Shown: positions 40,850-50,772, counted from the stretch's first letter. The stretch: DNA of 64,000 nt from Terriglobia bacterium (GCA_965223005.1 CBDCVK010000009.1:1-64000), one strand, 5' to 3'. Notes: generated by a model from the letters alone, not told the origin. Numbers and translations: made by a program.

Positions 40850-42154
40850 ATGCCGAAGCCGGATTCCAGCATCGAAGTCAGCAAGCTAGCGCAGGTCGTC
40901 GAGCCGGAAGTGCCGGTGGCCGCGGTTCCGCAGCCACCGGTGCGCCGGATGTTTCGCGCACTGCGGCACCCGCAGTACCGGTTGTTTTGGAGCGGCAACT
41001 TCATCTCCAACACCGGCACCTGGATGTACACCCTGGCGCAGGGCTGGCTGGTTCTGCAGCTGACCGATTCCCCGTTTTGGCTGGGACTGGTGGGGTTCAC
41101 CTCCTGGATTCCGCTGCTATTGTTCACTCCGCTCGGCGGGGTCATCGCCGACCGCGCCGATCGCCGCCGAGTGATGCTGCTGGCGCAGTCGGCGCTGATG
41201 GTCCTGGCGTTTCTGCTGGCCTTGCTGACCTCGCTGGACATCGTCAACATCCGGCATATCCTGGTGCTCTCGTTCCTGTCGGGAATGGCAATGGCCATGA
41301 ACACGCCGGCTTACCAGGCCAGCTTGCCCGAACTGGTGGGGGCCGAGGATCTGACCAACGCGATCGCGTTGAACTCAGCCCAGTACAACTTGTCTCGCAT
41401 GCTGGGGCCCGCCCTGGCAGGCTTGGCTATGGACCGCATCGGAGTCGCCGGCTGCTTCTACCTGAATGCCTTTAGCTTCCTGGCGCTACTGTTGGCGCTG
41501 GCGCGGATTCGCCTGCCTGCCCGCGCCGCCGCCGATGCCGGAAGCTCCGGTCGGCTTTGGAAGCCGCTGCTGGCTACCTTTTACTACCTGCGCCAACACC
41601 GCGTGCTGCGCACCTTGATCCTGCTGGAAGCGCTGGCGAGCTTCTGCGGCATGCCCTACATCGTGCTGATGCCCGTGTTCGCGCGCGACGTCCTGGAGGT
41701 GGGGCCGCGCGGCTTCGGATACCTGATGGGGGCGGCCGGGGTCGGCGCGCTGTCAGGCGCCCTGCTGCTGGCCTGGCGCGGCGACCGGTCGCGGAAAGGC
41801 GCCTTCGCGCTGCTCTCCGCGCTGGTGTTTTACGCCGCGCTGATCGTTTTTGCCCTTTCCCGCCGGTTTGATCTGGCACTGGTGGCGCTGGCGCTAAACG
41901 GCGCGACCATGGTGACCGCCATATCCACCATTAACAACCTGCTTCAGAAGTACGTTGCCCCCGAGATGCGCGGCCGCATCATGGCCACGCACGCGATGGC
42001 CTTCCTGGGCTTGGCTCCACTCGGCGGCCTGTTGGCTGGCGCGGTGGCCGAGCGCGTCGGAGCGCCGGTGGCGCTGGCTTCGCTTTGCCTGGTCGCGCTG
42101 GCCATCACTGCCGTCGTGCGCCTTCGGATGAGCGAATTGCGCGACCTGGCATAG
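40850..42154 (+). CDS. MFS transporter (MFS_3/EntS-like)
   Basis: 12-TM pattern, GVIADRADRR, RMLGPALAG, EMRGR. Confidence 0.92.
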   Translation: MPKPDSSIEVSKLAQVVEPEVPVAAVPQPPVRRMFRALRHPQYRLFWSGNFISNTGTWMYTLAQGWLVLQLTDSPFWLGLVGFTSWIPLLLFTPLGGVIADRADRRRVMLLAQSALMVLAFLLALLTSLDIVNIRHILVLSFLSGMAMAMNTPAYQASLPELVGAEDLTNAIALNSAQYNLSRMLGPALAGLAMDRIGVAGCFYLNAFSFLALLLALARIRLPARAAADAGSSGRLWKPLLATFYYLRQHRVLRTLILLEALASFCGMPYIVLMPVFARDVLEVGPRGFGYLMGAAGVGALSGALLLAWRGDRSRKGAFALLSALVFYAALIVFALSRRFDLALVALALNGATMVTAISTINNLLQKYVAPEMRGRIMATHAMAFLGLAPLGGLLAGAVAERVGAPVALASLCLVALAITAVVRLRMSELRDLA

Positions 42155-42212
42155 CGGGCCTCTGAATCTCCCCGGCAGAGCCCGCGCCACGAGTGCAGCA
42201 AGCCGTTCGCCC

Positions 42213-44834
42213 CTACTCCAGAACGCGGCACAGTTCCTTTTCCAGCGCCGACTGCCACTCAGGATCCAGCGGGCCGCCCTCGCGAGTGACGTAGAAAACG
42301 TCAATGACCATGGGTCCCTGGGTGTCGGCGAGCACGACTTCGATGTTGCAGCCGTGCGCCGAAAGAACGTTGGAGATGCGGTAGAGCAAGCCGGGCCGAT
42401 CGCGAGTGATCACCTCCAGTAGGGTGCTCTGGGCCGAGGCCGAGCTGTCGAAGCGGACCCGCGTTTCCACGCGATAGCTGGCCCGTCCGGGTATGGGCCG
42501 GTCCAGCCTCCCGGCAATCATCTTGGCCACGTCTGTCTTGCCCAGGATGGCGTCTTCCAGCATCTTCAGCAGGCGTTCCGATTCCTCGGAATTCAATTCC
42601 AGCGTCCGGTGCAGGTCCACGAACTGAAAGGTGTCCAGCACGATGCCCTGCCGGTTGGAGAAGGCTTCCACCTTGTGGATGTTTGTCCCGAAGGCCGCCA
42701 GGGCCCCGGTGATGGCAGCAAACAGGAACGGGTGATCGAAGGTGAGGACCAACAACTGGTGGTGGCCATGATGGCGGCTCAGCGAAAACTGGACCGGCCG
42801 ATGCGCCAGCTGCTGGGCCAGCCCAAAGTGCGCCAGAATCTCGGCCGGGGTATGCGTCTTCAGGTAGCGGCGGGGGAAGCCCTCCAGGAACGCGGTTACT
42901 TCGGGGCGAAACGACATGGCCATTTCCCCGGGCTCGGCGCGGTCAGTGTCCAGTTGCCGGGTGAGTTCATTGTGGGCGGCCAGGTAGAGCTGCCACAGCA
43001 TCTCTTCCTTCCACGGCGTCAGCGCGCCAGGGTTCACCGACTGGATGTCGGCGTAGGTGAACAGGCAAAGCATCTTCAACCGTTCCGTGGTTTCCATACG
43101 GGCGGCAAACTCTTGGATCGTCTCCGGGTCAGACAGATCGCGGGTGCCGAGGGTGGTGGACATCAACAGATGGTTTCCCACCAGGAACCGGACCAACTCC
43201 AACTCGGCTTCCTCCATTTTCAGCCGGGTCAGAATGGGATCCAGCAACCGCAGCGAAACTTGTACGTGCTCGCCGTACCCGCTCTTGCCAAGGTCATGGA
43301 AGAGCAGGGCTAGCAACATCGGCTCAGGATGATCCAGCTCGGCGAACACTTCGGCGAAGCGGGCCGGGAAACGGCCCTCGGGTGTGCGCTCGTTCTTCTT
43401 GCGTCCGGCCAAGGGTTTCAACTCTTGCAGGTGTTTGATGGTCAGCAGGGAGTGCTCGTCCACCGTGTATTTGTGGTAGAGGTCCCGGATCACGAGCGAC
43501 TCAATCAGGCGGAACTCGGGGAACAGCGCCCCCAGCATTCCCAGTTCATGCATGGCCGCCAGGGCCGTATAGGCGTGTGGCAGCGCCAGAATGCGCCGGA
43601 AACGGGGCCACAGATCGGAGAAATGCTGCGCCCACTCAGCCAGTTCGGCGAGTTGACGCTCGAGGCGGCGTTCCGTTTCCAGGCTCAGAGCGACCCCGTG
43701 CCGAGCCTGAAACTCAAACAGATCCAGCCACAGGCCCGGGTCCCGTTGCGCGTGGATGGGATTGCGCAGGAACACCTCGCCGCTGTGGACTGCAAAGTCG
43801 GTGTTGGAAAAGCGCTCCTGCCGCTGCTGCAGCCAGCGGGAAAGCGTAGAACGCGGCGCGGCCGACTGGCGCAGGGAGTGGCTGACCATCCGATAGATGT
43901 GGCGCACGTGGCCAAAATAAGACCGCATCCACTGTTCCGGGCTAGAGTGTTCCGCGCTGGGGTGTCCGGCGCTGGCATCGCCCTGGCTTGGCCGGCCCTG
44001 GCGCGCCAGCTCTTCCTGCAAGTCGAAGCTGAGCGTGTTGGCGTCGCGCCCGCACAGCAGATGCAGTTGGGCCCGGGCCGCAGCGAGAAACTGGTGGGCG
44101 GCAGCCACCTCGCGCCGCGCGGTTTCGGGCAACTCCTCCCGGGGCGGCACGCTCTTTTCCTCGGCGCGCAAGATCCGCGACAGCCAGCAAGCGAGCTGGT
44201 AGTCGCGCAAGCCCCCGGGCGATTCCTTGACGTCGGGTTCCAGGTGGTAGATGGTTTGGCCAAATTTCTTGTGGCGGAATTCGGCCAGGCTTATCAGGTT
44301 GTGCAGCAGCACCGTCCGTTCACGCTGCACCAGGCGCGGCAGCGTTTCCTGTTGCAGCCGGTCGAACAGTGCCCGATCGCCGGCCACAAAGCGCGCATCC
44401 ATCAGGGCCACGCTGAATTCGGTATTGCCCTCCGCCAGCGTGCCGCATTCGGCCAGCAGTCGGACCGAGTGTCCCAGGCGCAGCCCGGCGTCCCACAGTT
44501 CCCGGAGGAACTCGGCGATTTGCTCGCGGGGGACTGGTTGCCCCACTTGACGGGCAAACAGCAGCAGCAAGTCCACATCGGAGTGAGGGAACAGCTCCCG
44601 GCGGCCGTATCCTCCAAGAGCCGCCAGGCAGAAGCCGGAGGGACCGATGGGATCCGCAGACAAGTACCGGGTGTAGGCCGACAGCACCAGTTCGTCCACG
44701 GCTGCCGACCGCCCGTGAACCAGAGCGTACCCGTCCCCGGAGGCAAGAAACTCTTCGCGGAGCTGGGCGGAGCGGCGCTGATAAGCGGGCGCGGCCTTGA
44801 CTTTACTCGGCGCCGAGCTACGACTGCCTGCCAT
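42213..44834 (-). CDS. glnD: [Protein-PII] uridylyltransferase
   Basis: GGYGRRELFPHSDVD, LEPDVKESPGGLRD, HKYTVDEH, HDLGK, two ACT domains. Confidence 0.95.
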   Translation of the reverse strand: MAGSRSSAPSKVKAAPAYQRRSAQLREEFLASGDGYALVHGRSAAVDELVLSAYTRYLSADPIGPSGFCLAALGGYGRRELFPHSDVDLLLLFARQVGQPVPREQIAEFLRELWDAGLRLGHSVRLLAECGTLAEGNTEFSVALMDARFVAGDRALFDRLQQETLPRLVQRERTVLLHNLISLAEFRHKKFGQTIYHLEPDVKESPGGLRDYQLACWLSRILRAEEKSVPPREELPETARREVAAAHQFLAAARAQLHLLCGRDANTLSFDLQEELARQGRPSQGDASAGHPSAEHSSPEQWMRSYFGHVRHIYRMVSHSLRQSAAPRSTLSRWLQQRQERFSNTDFAVHSGEVFLRNPIHAQRDPGLWLDLFEFQARHGVALSLETERRLERQLAELAEWAQHFSDLWPRFRRILALPHAYTALAAMHELGMLGALFPEFRLIESLVIRDLYHKYTVDEHSLLTIKHLQELKPLAGRKKNERTPEGRFPARFAEVFAELDHPEPMLLALLFHDLGKSGYGEHVQVSLRLLDPILTRLKMEEAELELVRFLVGNHLLMSTTLGTRDLSDPETIQEFAARMETTERLKMLCLFTYADIQSVNPGALTPWKEEMLWQLYLAAHNELTRQLDTDRAEPGEMAMSFRPEVTAFLEGFPRRYLKTHTPAEILAHFGLAQQLAHRPVQFSLSRHHGHHQLLVLTFDHPFLFAAITGALAAFGTNIHKVEAFSNRQGIVLDTFQFVDLHRTLELNSEESERLLKMLEDAILGKTDVAKMIAGRLDRPIPGRASYRVETRVRFDSSASAQSTLLEVITRDRPGLLYRISNVLSAHGCNIEVVLADTQGPMVIDVFYVTREGGPLDPEWQSALEKELCRVLE

Positions 44835-44904
44835 AGCTTTCCAGTTCACCATAGCGCGTGAAAACGCGCAACTGAAGCTGGTTATCCGGGCCATCGGAAT
44901 TTTC

Positions 44905-44910
44905 TATAAT
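44905..44910 (+). promoter_or_regulatory. Perfect -10 hexamer TATAAT upstream of the structured region and bshA
   Basis: TATAAT in a GC-rich genome, 5 nt before the start of the long hairpin; no clear -35. Confidence 0.45.
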
Positions 44911-44915
44911 TCCCC

Positions 44916-45061
44916 GCCAGTGTTGGCTTTTCGGCATCTCCTGGAAGCCTGAGCTGGGCGCTTCACTGATGAGTACGACTAACTACGCGCCGATGTCTTT
45001 GTGGCTTGGTGGTGAAACGAAGGACCGACCCGGTGGTCTTGGGCGTTCCTTAGCCAAAGGC
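44916..45061 (+). ncRNA. Candidate structured RNA (long imperfect hairpin; 6S-like RNA or bshA leader)
   Basis: Nested pairings TTGGCT/AGCCAA, GGAA/TTCC, GCCTGAG/CTTGGGC, CTGGG/CCCGG, TTCACT/GGTGAA, ACTAACTAC/GTGGCTTGGT. Confidence 0.4.
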
Positions 45062-45079
45062 GTATTACACTGAAGGTGC

Positions 45080-46225
45080 ATGAAGATTGGGATTACCTGC
45101 TATCCGACCTATGGGGGCAGCGGGGTGGTGGCCTCCGAACTGGGGATGGAATTGGCGGCACGCGGTCACCAGGTCCATTTCATCACCTACGCTCGCCCGA
45201 TCCGCCTGGACGTATCGGCCGACTCCGCGATCGCCCAAAATATCACCTACCATGAGGTGGAGGTGACCACCTACCCGTTGTTCGACTACCCGCCCTACAC
45301 GCTGGCACTGGCCACTCGCATGGCCGAAGTGGCCCTTGCGGAAGGGCTGGACCTGCTGCATGTGCACTACGCGATTCCTCACTCGGTCAGCGCCTACCTG
45401 GCCCAGGCCATGCTGGTCAGCCAGTCCGGGCGCCGCCTCCCCTTTGTCACCACCCTGCACGGGACCGACATCACCCTGGTGGGTACAGATCACTCCTACT
45501 TGCCCATCACTCGATTCGCCATCGAGCACAGCGACGGCGTCACCGCCATCAGCCACAACCTGCGCGAGACTACCCAACGGGATCTGGAAATCCAGCGCCC
45601 GATCCAGGTCATCCACAACTTCGTGAACTGTGACCTCTACCACCCGAAGCGCGATGAGCAGGCCCGGGCGGTGCTGGCCCCGGCCGGGGAGCAGTTGGTG
45701 GCCCACCTGTCCAATTTCCGTGCAGTCAAACGAGTTGCTGACGTGGTCGCTGTGTTTGCCCGAGTGAGAAAGGAAATGCCGGCCAGGCTGCTGATGATCG
45801 GCGACGGTCCGGAACGGGGCAACGCCGAGTACGTGGCACGCCAATGGGGCGTGGAGCGCGATGTGTTGTTCCTGGGCAAGCAGGACAACGTGCATCGCCT
45901 GCTGCCGCTGTGCGAGGTGTTGCTGCTGCCCAGCCGGATGGAATCCTTCGGGCTGGCGGCGCTGGAAGCTATGGCCTGCGGGGCGGTGCCGGTGGCCACC
46001 CGGGTTGGAGGCGTCCCGGAGGTCATTACCGATGGGCACGACGGCTACCTGAGCGAGGTCGGAGACGTGGAAGCCATGGCCGGGCGCGTGCTACTGCTGC
46101 TCCGCGAGCCGGAGCGGCGGCGCCGCACCTCCGAGGCCGCCCGCAACACGGCACTCACCCGCTTTTGCGCTACCTTGATTCTTCCCCAGTACGAGCGTTA
46201 CTACCGCCAGGTGCTGGAGCGCTGA
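45080..46225 (+). CDS. bshA: N-acetyl-alpha-D-glucosaminyl L-malate synthase (bacillithiol synthesis)
   Basis: MKIGITCYPTYGGSGVVA, HVHYAIPH, TTLHGTD, SNFRAVKR, ESFGLAALEA. Confidence 0.93.
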   Translation: MKIGITCYPTYGGSGVVASELGMELAARGHQVHFITYARPIRLDVSADSAIAQNITYHEVEVTTYPLFDYPPYTLALATRMAEVALAEGLDLLHVHYAIPHSVSAYLAQAMLVSQSGRRLPFVTTLHGTDITLVGTDHSYLPITRFAIEHSDGVTAISHNLRETTQRDLEIQRPIQVIHNFVNCDLYHPKRDEQARAVLAPAGEQLVAHLSNFRAVKRVADVVAVFARVRKEMPARLLMIGDGPERGNAEYVARQWGVERDVLFLGKQDNVHRLLPLCEVLLLPSRMESFGLAALEAMACGAVPVATRVGGVPEVITDGHDGYLSEVGDVEAMAGRVLLLLREPERRRRTSEAARNTALTRFCATLILPQYERYYRQVLER

Positions 46226-46316
46226 AGCCGTCAGGCTACGGCAGGCTACGCCAGCCAGGGCAGGGATGGCCCTGCCCGGTCATGAGCGCGGAGAACAGTG
46301 GAAAAAGGCGGGGCGC

Positions 46317-47258
46317 TTACTTGGCTCTGGAGTAGAGGTGGGCCACGTACTGCCCGTAGCCGTTGTAGGGCTGGGTCGGCCGCCGCTCGCGCGTGTCAAT
46401 CATCTGTTCGGTGGCCTGCGACCAGCGCACGTGCGGCACCTTGGGATTCACGTTGGACCAGAAATCATATTCCTTGGGCGCAACCTTGTTCCAGAAGGTG
46501 GGTGGCTGCTTCTTGGTGAACTCGACTTTGACGATGCTCTTGATGCTCTTGAAACCGTACTTCCACGGCACGATCATCCGGATCGGCGCGCCGTGCTGTT
46601 TCGGCAGGTCATGGCCGAAAATCCCGGTGACCATCAGGGTCATTTCATTGGCGGCTTCGGCCATCGTCAGCCCCTCGTGGTACGGCCAGGGATACCAGTG
46701 ATACTTCGCGAAGCCGGGAGCCTCGCCGGGCCGGAAGAAGGTTACAAAGCGCACGAAGTTAGCTGAAGAAAGGGGCTTCACGTACTCCAGAAAAGCCTTC
46801 ATGGGAAAGCCGATCCAGGGTACGGCCATGGCCCAGGCTTCCACGCAGCGGAACCGGTAGAGGCGCTCCTCCAGCGGCATCTTGCGGATCAGGTCCTCAA
46901 CGTCCAGTTTCAGCTTCTTCTGGACCAATCCGGTGACTTCAATCGTCCAGGGATGCGTCGTCAGCTTCTGGGCCAGGCGAGCTGGAGCGGTCTTGTCCTG
47001 CTGGTCGAACTCGTAGAAGTTGTTGTAGGTGGCCGCGACGCGCTCGTCGGTGAGGGGCCTGTCCAGCTTGTACTTGGGATTGCGGCCGACAGCAGCCTCA
47101 GCGGCTTCTGGGAAGGCCAGCCCGCTTGCTCCCAGCGCGGCGGCGCCGATGGCGCCGGCACGCAAAAACTGGCGACGGTTCAGAACGGCGTCTTCAGAAG
47201 TGGCCAGCCGTTCCGGAATCTCCCAGGGGCGTGGAATTCGGATCAGCATGTCCTTCAT
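46317..47258 (-). CDS. msrP: Protein-methionine-sulfoxide reductase catalytic subunit
   Basis: Tat NRRQFL, YNNFYEF, RFRCVEAW, PWKYGFKSIK, NVNP, NGYG. Confidence 0.95.
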   Translation of the reverse strand: MKDMLIRIPRPWEIPERLATSEDAVLNRRQFLRAGAIGAAALGASGLAFPEAAEAAVGRNPKYKLDRPLTDERVAATYNNFYEFDQQDKTAPARLAQKLTTHPWTIEVTGLVQKKLKLDVEDLIRKMPLEERLYRFRCVEAWAMAVPWIGFPMKAFLEYVKPLSSANFVRFVTFFRPGEAPGFAKYHWYPWPYHEGLTMAEAANEMTLMVTGIFGHDLPKQHGAPIRMIVPWKYGFKSIKSIVKVEFTKKQPPTFWNKVAPKEYDFWSNVNPKVPHVRWSQATEQMIDTRERRPTQPYNGYGQYVAHLYSRAK

Positions 47259-47360
47259 TTTACCATGAATCCATCATGGCAGAACGTATCCAAGCCTGCC
47301 CAAACTGGGCCTGCCGGAAACTGGGCGTGCCGGAAATCGTGCCTGCTAGTCGCCGGCCCG

Positions 47361-48092
47361 CTATGGGCCCCGCACCAGGGGAACAAACGAAACGGGAAGC
47401 ACCGACCGGACAACGTAGCGACCGTGCTGATCCTTCTCCACCAGGCGCAAGTGCTGATTCCCCGAGGGGCCTGTCGGGATCACCATGCGTCCGCCCGGCT
47501 TTAGCTGGTTGAGCAGCGCCGGCGGGATTTCCGTGGGCGACGCGGTGACAATGATCAAGTCGTAGGGTGCGTGCTCAGGCCAGCCGTGGTTGCCGTCGCC
47601 CTGGCGCACTTCCACGTTGTTGTAGCCCAGTTTCTTGAGCCGTTCTGCCGAGCTCCTCGCCAGCTCAGGCACAATCTCGATGGTGTACACCTTGGAGATC
47701 AGCAAGGACAACACCGCGGTCTGGTAGCCGGATCCGGTGCCGACTTCCAGGGCAACGTGCTCCTTCTCCGGCTGTAGTTGCTCGGTCATGAAGGCCACAA
47801 TGTAAGGTTGGGAGATGGTTTGGCCGGCGGCCGTGGGCAGGGGTGTGTCGTCGTAGGCTCGCCTGGCCAGCGAAGGCCTGACGAAGAGGTGCCGGGGCAC
47901 TTTCCGCATGGCCTCCAGCACCCGCAGGTTGCGCACGTCGCGCGCTTCGATCTGTTCGCGTACCATGCGGGCGCGCGCCTGCTCCGGCGTCTCGTCGCGC
48001 GGCGGGCAGGCCGCTACGCTGAGTGAGGCCAGCGCCAGGAGCACGACCCGCAAAGCCGGTCGCAGGTTGCCCGTACCGGCACGCTCATTCAT
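47361..48092 (-). CDS. pcm: Protein-L-isoaspartate O-methyltransferase with lipoprotein-like N-terminus
   Basis: VPRHLFV, QTISQPY, EVGTGSGYQ, GWPEHAPYD, FVPL; LASLSVAAC lipobox-like. Confidence 0.93.
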   Translation of the reverse strand: MNERAGTGNLRPALRVVLLALASLSVAACPPRDETPEQARARMVREQIEARDVRNLRVLEAMRKVPRHLFVRPSLARRAYDDTPLPTAAGQTISQPYIVAFMTEQLQPEKEHVALEVGTGSGYQTAVLSLLISKVYTIEIVPELARSSAERLKKLGYNNVEVRQGDGNHGWPEHAPYDLIIVTASPTEIPPALLNQLKPGGRMVIPTGPSGNQHLRLVEKDQHGRYVVRSVLPVSFVPLVRGP

Positions 48093-49338
48093 AACGCAGG
48101 CACGTGATGGGATCGAGGTTGGCGGCCCGATTGGCCGGGTAAAAGCCAAAAAACAGGCCCACCGAGACAGAGATCAAAAAACCCAGCGTCACCCACAGGA
48201 GGGAAACTTCGGTCGGCAGCAGGGGAAACACCAAGTGCACCGTCCAGCTCACTGCAATACCCAGCACAATGCCCAGCACGCCACCAAAACTGGTCAGAGT
48301 GATGGCTTCGATCAGGAACTGGGCGCGGATATCCTGCCGCCGCGCACCCACGGCCTTGCGGATGCCAATTTCCTGGGTCCGCTCGGTCACCGAGATCAGC
48401 ATGATGTTCATCACCCCGATGCCCCCCACCAGCAGGCCAATGGAGCTGATCACAGCCGTCAGCAGGACTAGCGCCCCGGTCAACTGCTCCCACAGGTCGG
48501 TAAGGAAATCCGGGGTTGCGATCTCAAAGTCATTCTCGGCACTGAGCGGCACCCGCCGCAGGCGCCGCACGATATGGGTCACTTCGTCCTTGGTCTGCGA
48601 CAGGAGCGACGGGTCGGGTGTGCTGACCGCAAGGAAGTGTTCGCGGCTCTCCGGGTAAAGCTTGTGGAAGGTGGAGTAGGGAATGATGACGAACCGATTC
48701 ACACCCGACTGGCCGAACAGCCCGGCATCCTTCTCCATCACCCCGATGACCTCAAAGCGCAGGCCGTTCAGAACGACCTCGCGGCCCACCGGGTCCACGT
48801 TGGGGAACAGCGAGGTGGCTACGGCCGCCCCCAGCACGCACACGTAGCGGCTGTGCGCCAGGTCATAAGGACTGATGAAGCGCCCGTCGCGGACGCCAAA
48901 CAGCGGGAGGACTTCGGCGTACTCGGGGTCGGCGCCCCGCAGGATGGGGTCCTTCACCTGCTCGCGTCCGGCGCGGATTTCGTTGCTTCCCCCAAAGAAA
49001 AGGGCCCGCGTGCCGAAAGCGGTGACGTACTCGCAGGAGCGGCAGCGTTCCCGGATGTAGAGCGCGTCTTCGTAGCGAAAGTGCTTGCGCAGCCGGATCT
49101 TCTCCGGCAGGCGTCCGAAGCGGCCAAAGGGCATGCGGCTGAGAAAAAGCACGCGCGAGCCGAACGACTGCACCCGGTCGCCCACATGGCGGTTGAGCCC
49201 CTGGATGATGGCCGCCACTGCGATGACCGAAGTCACTCCAATGACAATTCCCAGCACGGTCAGCGCCGAGCGCCGCTTGCGCACCCGCAGCGTGTCCATT
49301 GCGACCAGGAAATTCTCTTTCAGTTCATCACGCGTCAT
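48085..49338 (-). CDS. ABC transporter permease (MacB/FtsX family)
   Basis: LTVLGIVIGV, VGGIGVMNIMLISVTERTQEIGIRKAVGA. Confidence 0.94.
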   Translation of the reverse strand: MTRDELKENFLVAMDTLRVRKRRSALTVLGIVIGVTSVIAVAAIIQGLNRHVGDRVQSFGSRVLFLSRMPFGRFGRLPEKIRLRKHFRYEDALYIRERCRSCEYVTAFGTRALFFGGSNEIRAGREQVKDPILRGADPEYAEVLPLFGVRDGRFISPYDLAHSRYVCVLGAAVATSLFPNVDPVGREVVLNGLRFEVIGVMEKDAGLFGQSGVNRFVIIPYSTFHKLYPESREHFLAVSTPDPSLLSQTKDEVTHIVRRLRRVPLSAENDFEIATPDFLTDLWEQLTGALVLLTAVISSIGLLVGGIGVMNIMLISVTERTQEIGIRKAVGARRQDIRAQFLIEAITLTSFGGVLGIVLGIAVSWTVHLVFPLLPTEVSLLWVTLGFLISVSVGLFFGFYPANRAANLDPITCLRYE

Positions 49339-49346
49339 CAGAATAG

Positions 49347-49419
49347 GTGCCAGGTTTCAGGTATCAAGTGCTAGGTTCAGATGTCAGGGGTTTGCTGAGT
49401 CTGACACGTGAAACCTGCT
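49347..49419. repeat. Heptamer (CAGGTNT-like) short tandem repeats with inverted copies
   Basis: GGTGCCA-GGTTTCA-GGTATCA-AGTGCTA...GATGTCAG, then CTGACAC-GTGAAAC-CTG. Confidence 0.6.
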
Positions 49420-49423
49420 TTTT

Positions 49424-50644
49424 TCATTCGCTCCTCAGGGCCACCACCGGGTCCAGGCGGGCGGCCTGGGTCGCCGGGTAGATTCCGAAAAACAACCCGA
49501 TCGAGGAGGCCAACACCACGCCCAGCACCGCTACCCACAGCCGAACCTCGGCCGGAAAGCTGGTGAAATTCCTCAGTGCCGTCGCCGCCCCGAAGCCGAG
49601 CAACACCCCCACCACTCCGCCGAGTACACACGACAGCAGTGCCTCTGCCAGAAACTGGCGCAGGATGTCCTGTTGGCGAGCTCCGCAGGCCCGGCGCACC
49701 CCGATCTCCTTGGTGCGCTCGGTGACGGAGACCAGCATGATGTTCATGATGACAATGCCTCCAACCACAGCGGCAATCAAAGAAATCAGGACAAACACCA
49801 CAAAAAACGCGGAACTGATGGAACGCCACAGGTCCAGGTAAAAGTCCGGGGTAACGATGTAGAAATCTTCTTTGGCTCCTGGGGCGACGTGTCGGCGGGC
49901 ACGCAGCACGACCCGCACTTCGTCCTGCGCCGCCTGGTAGGCCGCCTCGCCTGAGGCCTGCACGTGCAGCTTCAGGCTGTGGCGTGGGCCGTGCAGCTTG
50001 AAGAACAGCGGCAGCGGCAGAATCAGGAAATTGTCCTGCTCCTGGCCCAAAATGGAGCCGATTTCCTCGGTGGTGCCTACCACCCGCAGTTGCTGCGAAC
50101 CCACCCGCACCACCTTGTCCAGGGGGTCAGTGGCGGGGAACAGGTGTTCGACCAGGCCGTGGCCGATGACGCAGACTGGGGCAGCCTTCTGCTCCTCAAA
50201 TGGGCTGAAATAACGACCGCGCTCCACTGTGCGGGTGCCGATGTTGCTCATGTTGGCCGTCTGGCCGAGTATGTGGACGTCGGCCAGCTCCTGGTCGCGG
50301 TAGCGTACCCGCGCCGGAGCATCCACCTGCGCTCCTACGGCAGCGCAGTGGCGGCAACGCTCGCGAACCGCCTCCAGATCCTCCACCACGATGTCCTTGT
50401 TGCGCCGGGCCCGCAGGAACTCTTCAAAGTCGGAGATGGCCACTGGCGTCTTGGAAACTTGAAAGACATCAATGCCCAGGTTGGCAATCTTGTCTTTGAC
50501 GTAGGCGTTGGCGCCCTGGATGAGTGTCATCACGGTAATGAGCGTGGCCACCCCCATCGCCAGACCCAGTTGGGTGAGGAAGAAGCGCAACCGGTACGCC
50601 CGCACACCCGCCCAGGCCATCGCCGCCATTTCGCGGAAATTCAT
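49424..50644 (-). CDS. ABC transporter permease (MacB/FtsX family)
   Basis: VGGIVIMNIMLVSVTERTKEIGVRRACGA, GIYPA...LDP. Confidence 0.94.
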   Translation of the reverse strand: MNFREMAAMAWAGVRAYRLRFFLTQLGLAMGVATLITVMTLIQGANAYVKDKIANLGIDVFQVSKTPVAISDFEEFLRARRNKDIVVEDLEAVRERCRHCAAVGAQVDAPARVRYRDQELADVHILGQTANMSNIGTRTVERGRYFSPFEEQKAAPVCVIGHGLVEHLFPATDPLDKVVRVGSQQLRVVGTTEEIGSILGQEQDNFLILPLPLFFKLHGPRHSLKLHVQASGEAAYQAAQDEVRVVLRARRHVAPGAKEDFYIVTPDFYLDLWRSISSAFFVVFVLISLIAAVVGGIVIMNIMLVSVTERTKEIGVRRACGARQQDILRQFLAEALLSCVLGGVVGVLLGFGAATALRNFTSFPAEVRLWVAVLGVVLASSIGLFFGIYPATQAARLDPVVALRSE

Positions 50645-50772
50645 TTCTCCTTATGATTATACGCTGCCGGAGGTGGATGTTCCCGGCACGAAGAGATCCG
50701 CCCTGACGCAGCTACGGGCGCGGACACAGCCTTCCCCGCAGACCTCTGTCGCTCAGCCCCGCGAGCCGCGGT

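Noticed and set aside
44956-45048. Canonical hammerhead ribozyme
   Set aside because: Core words are present, but stem II lacks the G-C closing pair and stem III has only about 2 bp; kept only as an unclassified structured RNA candidate.
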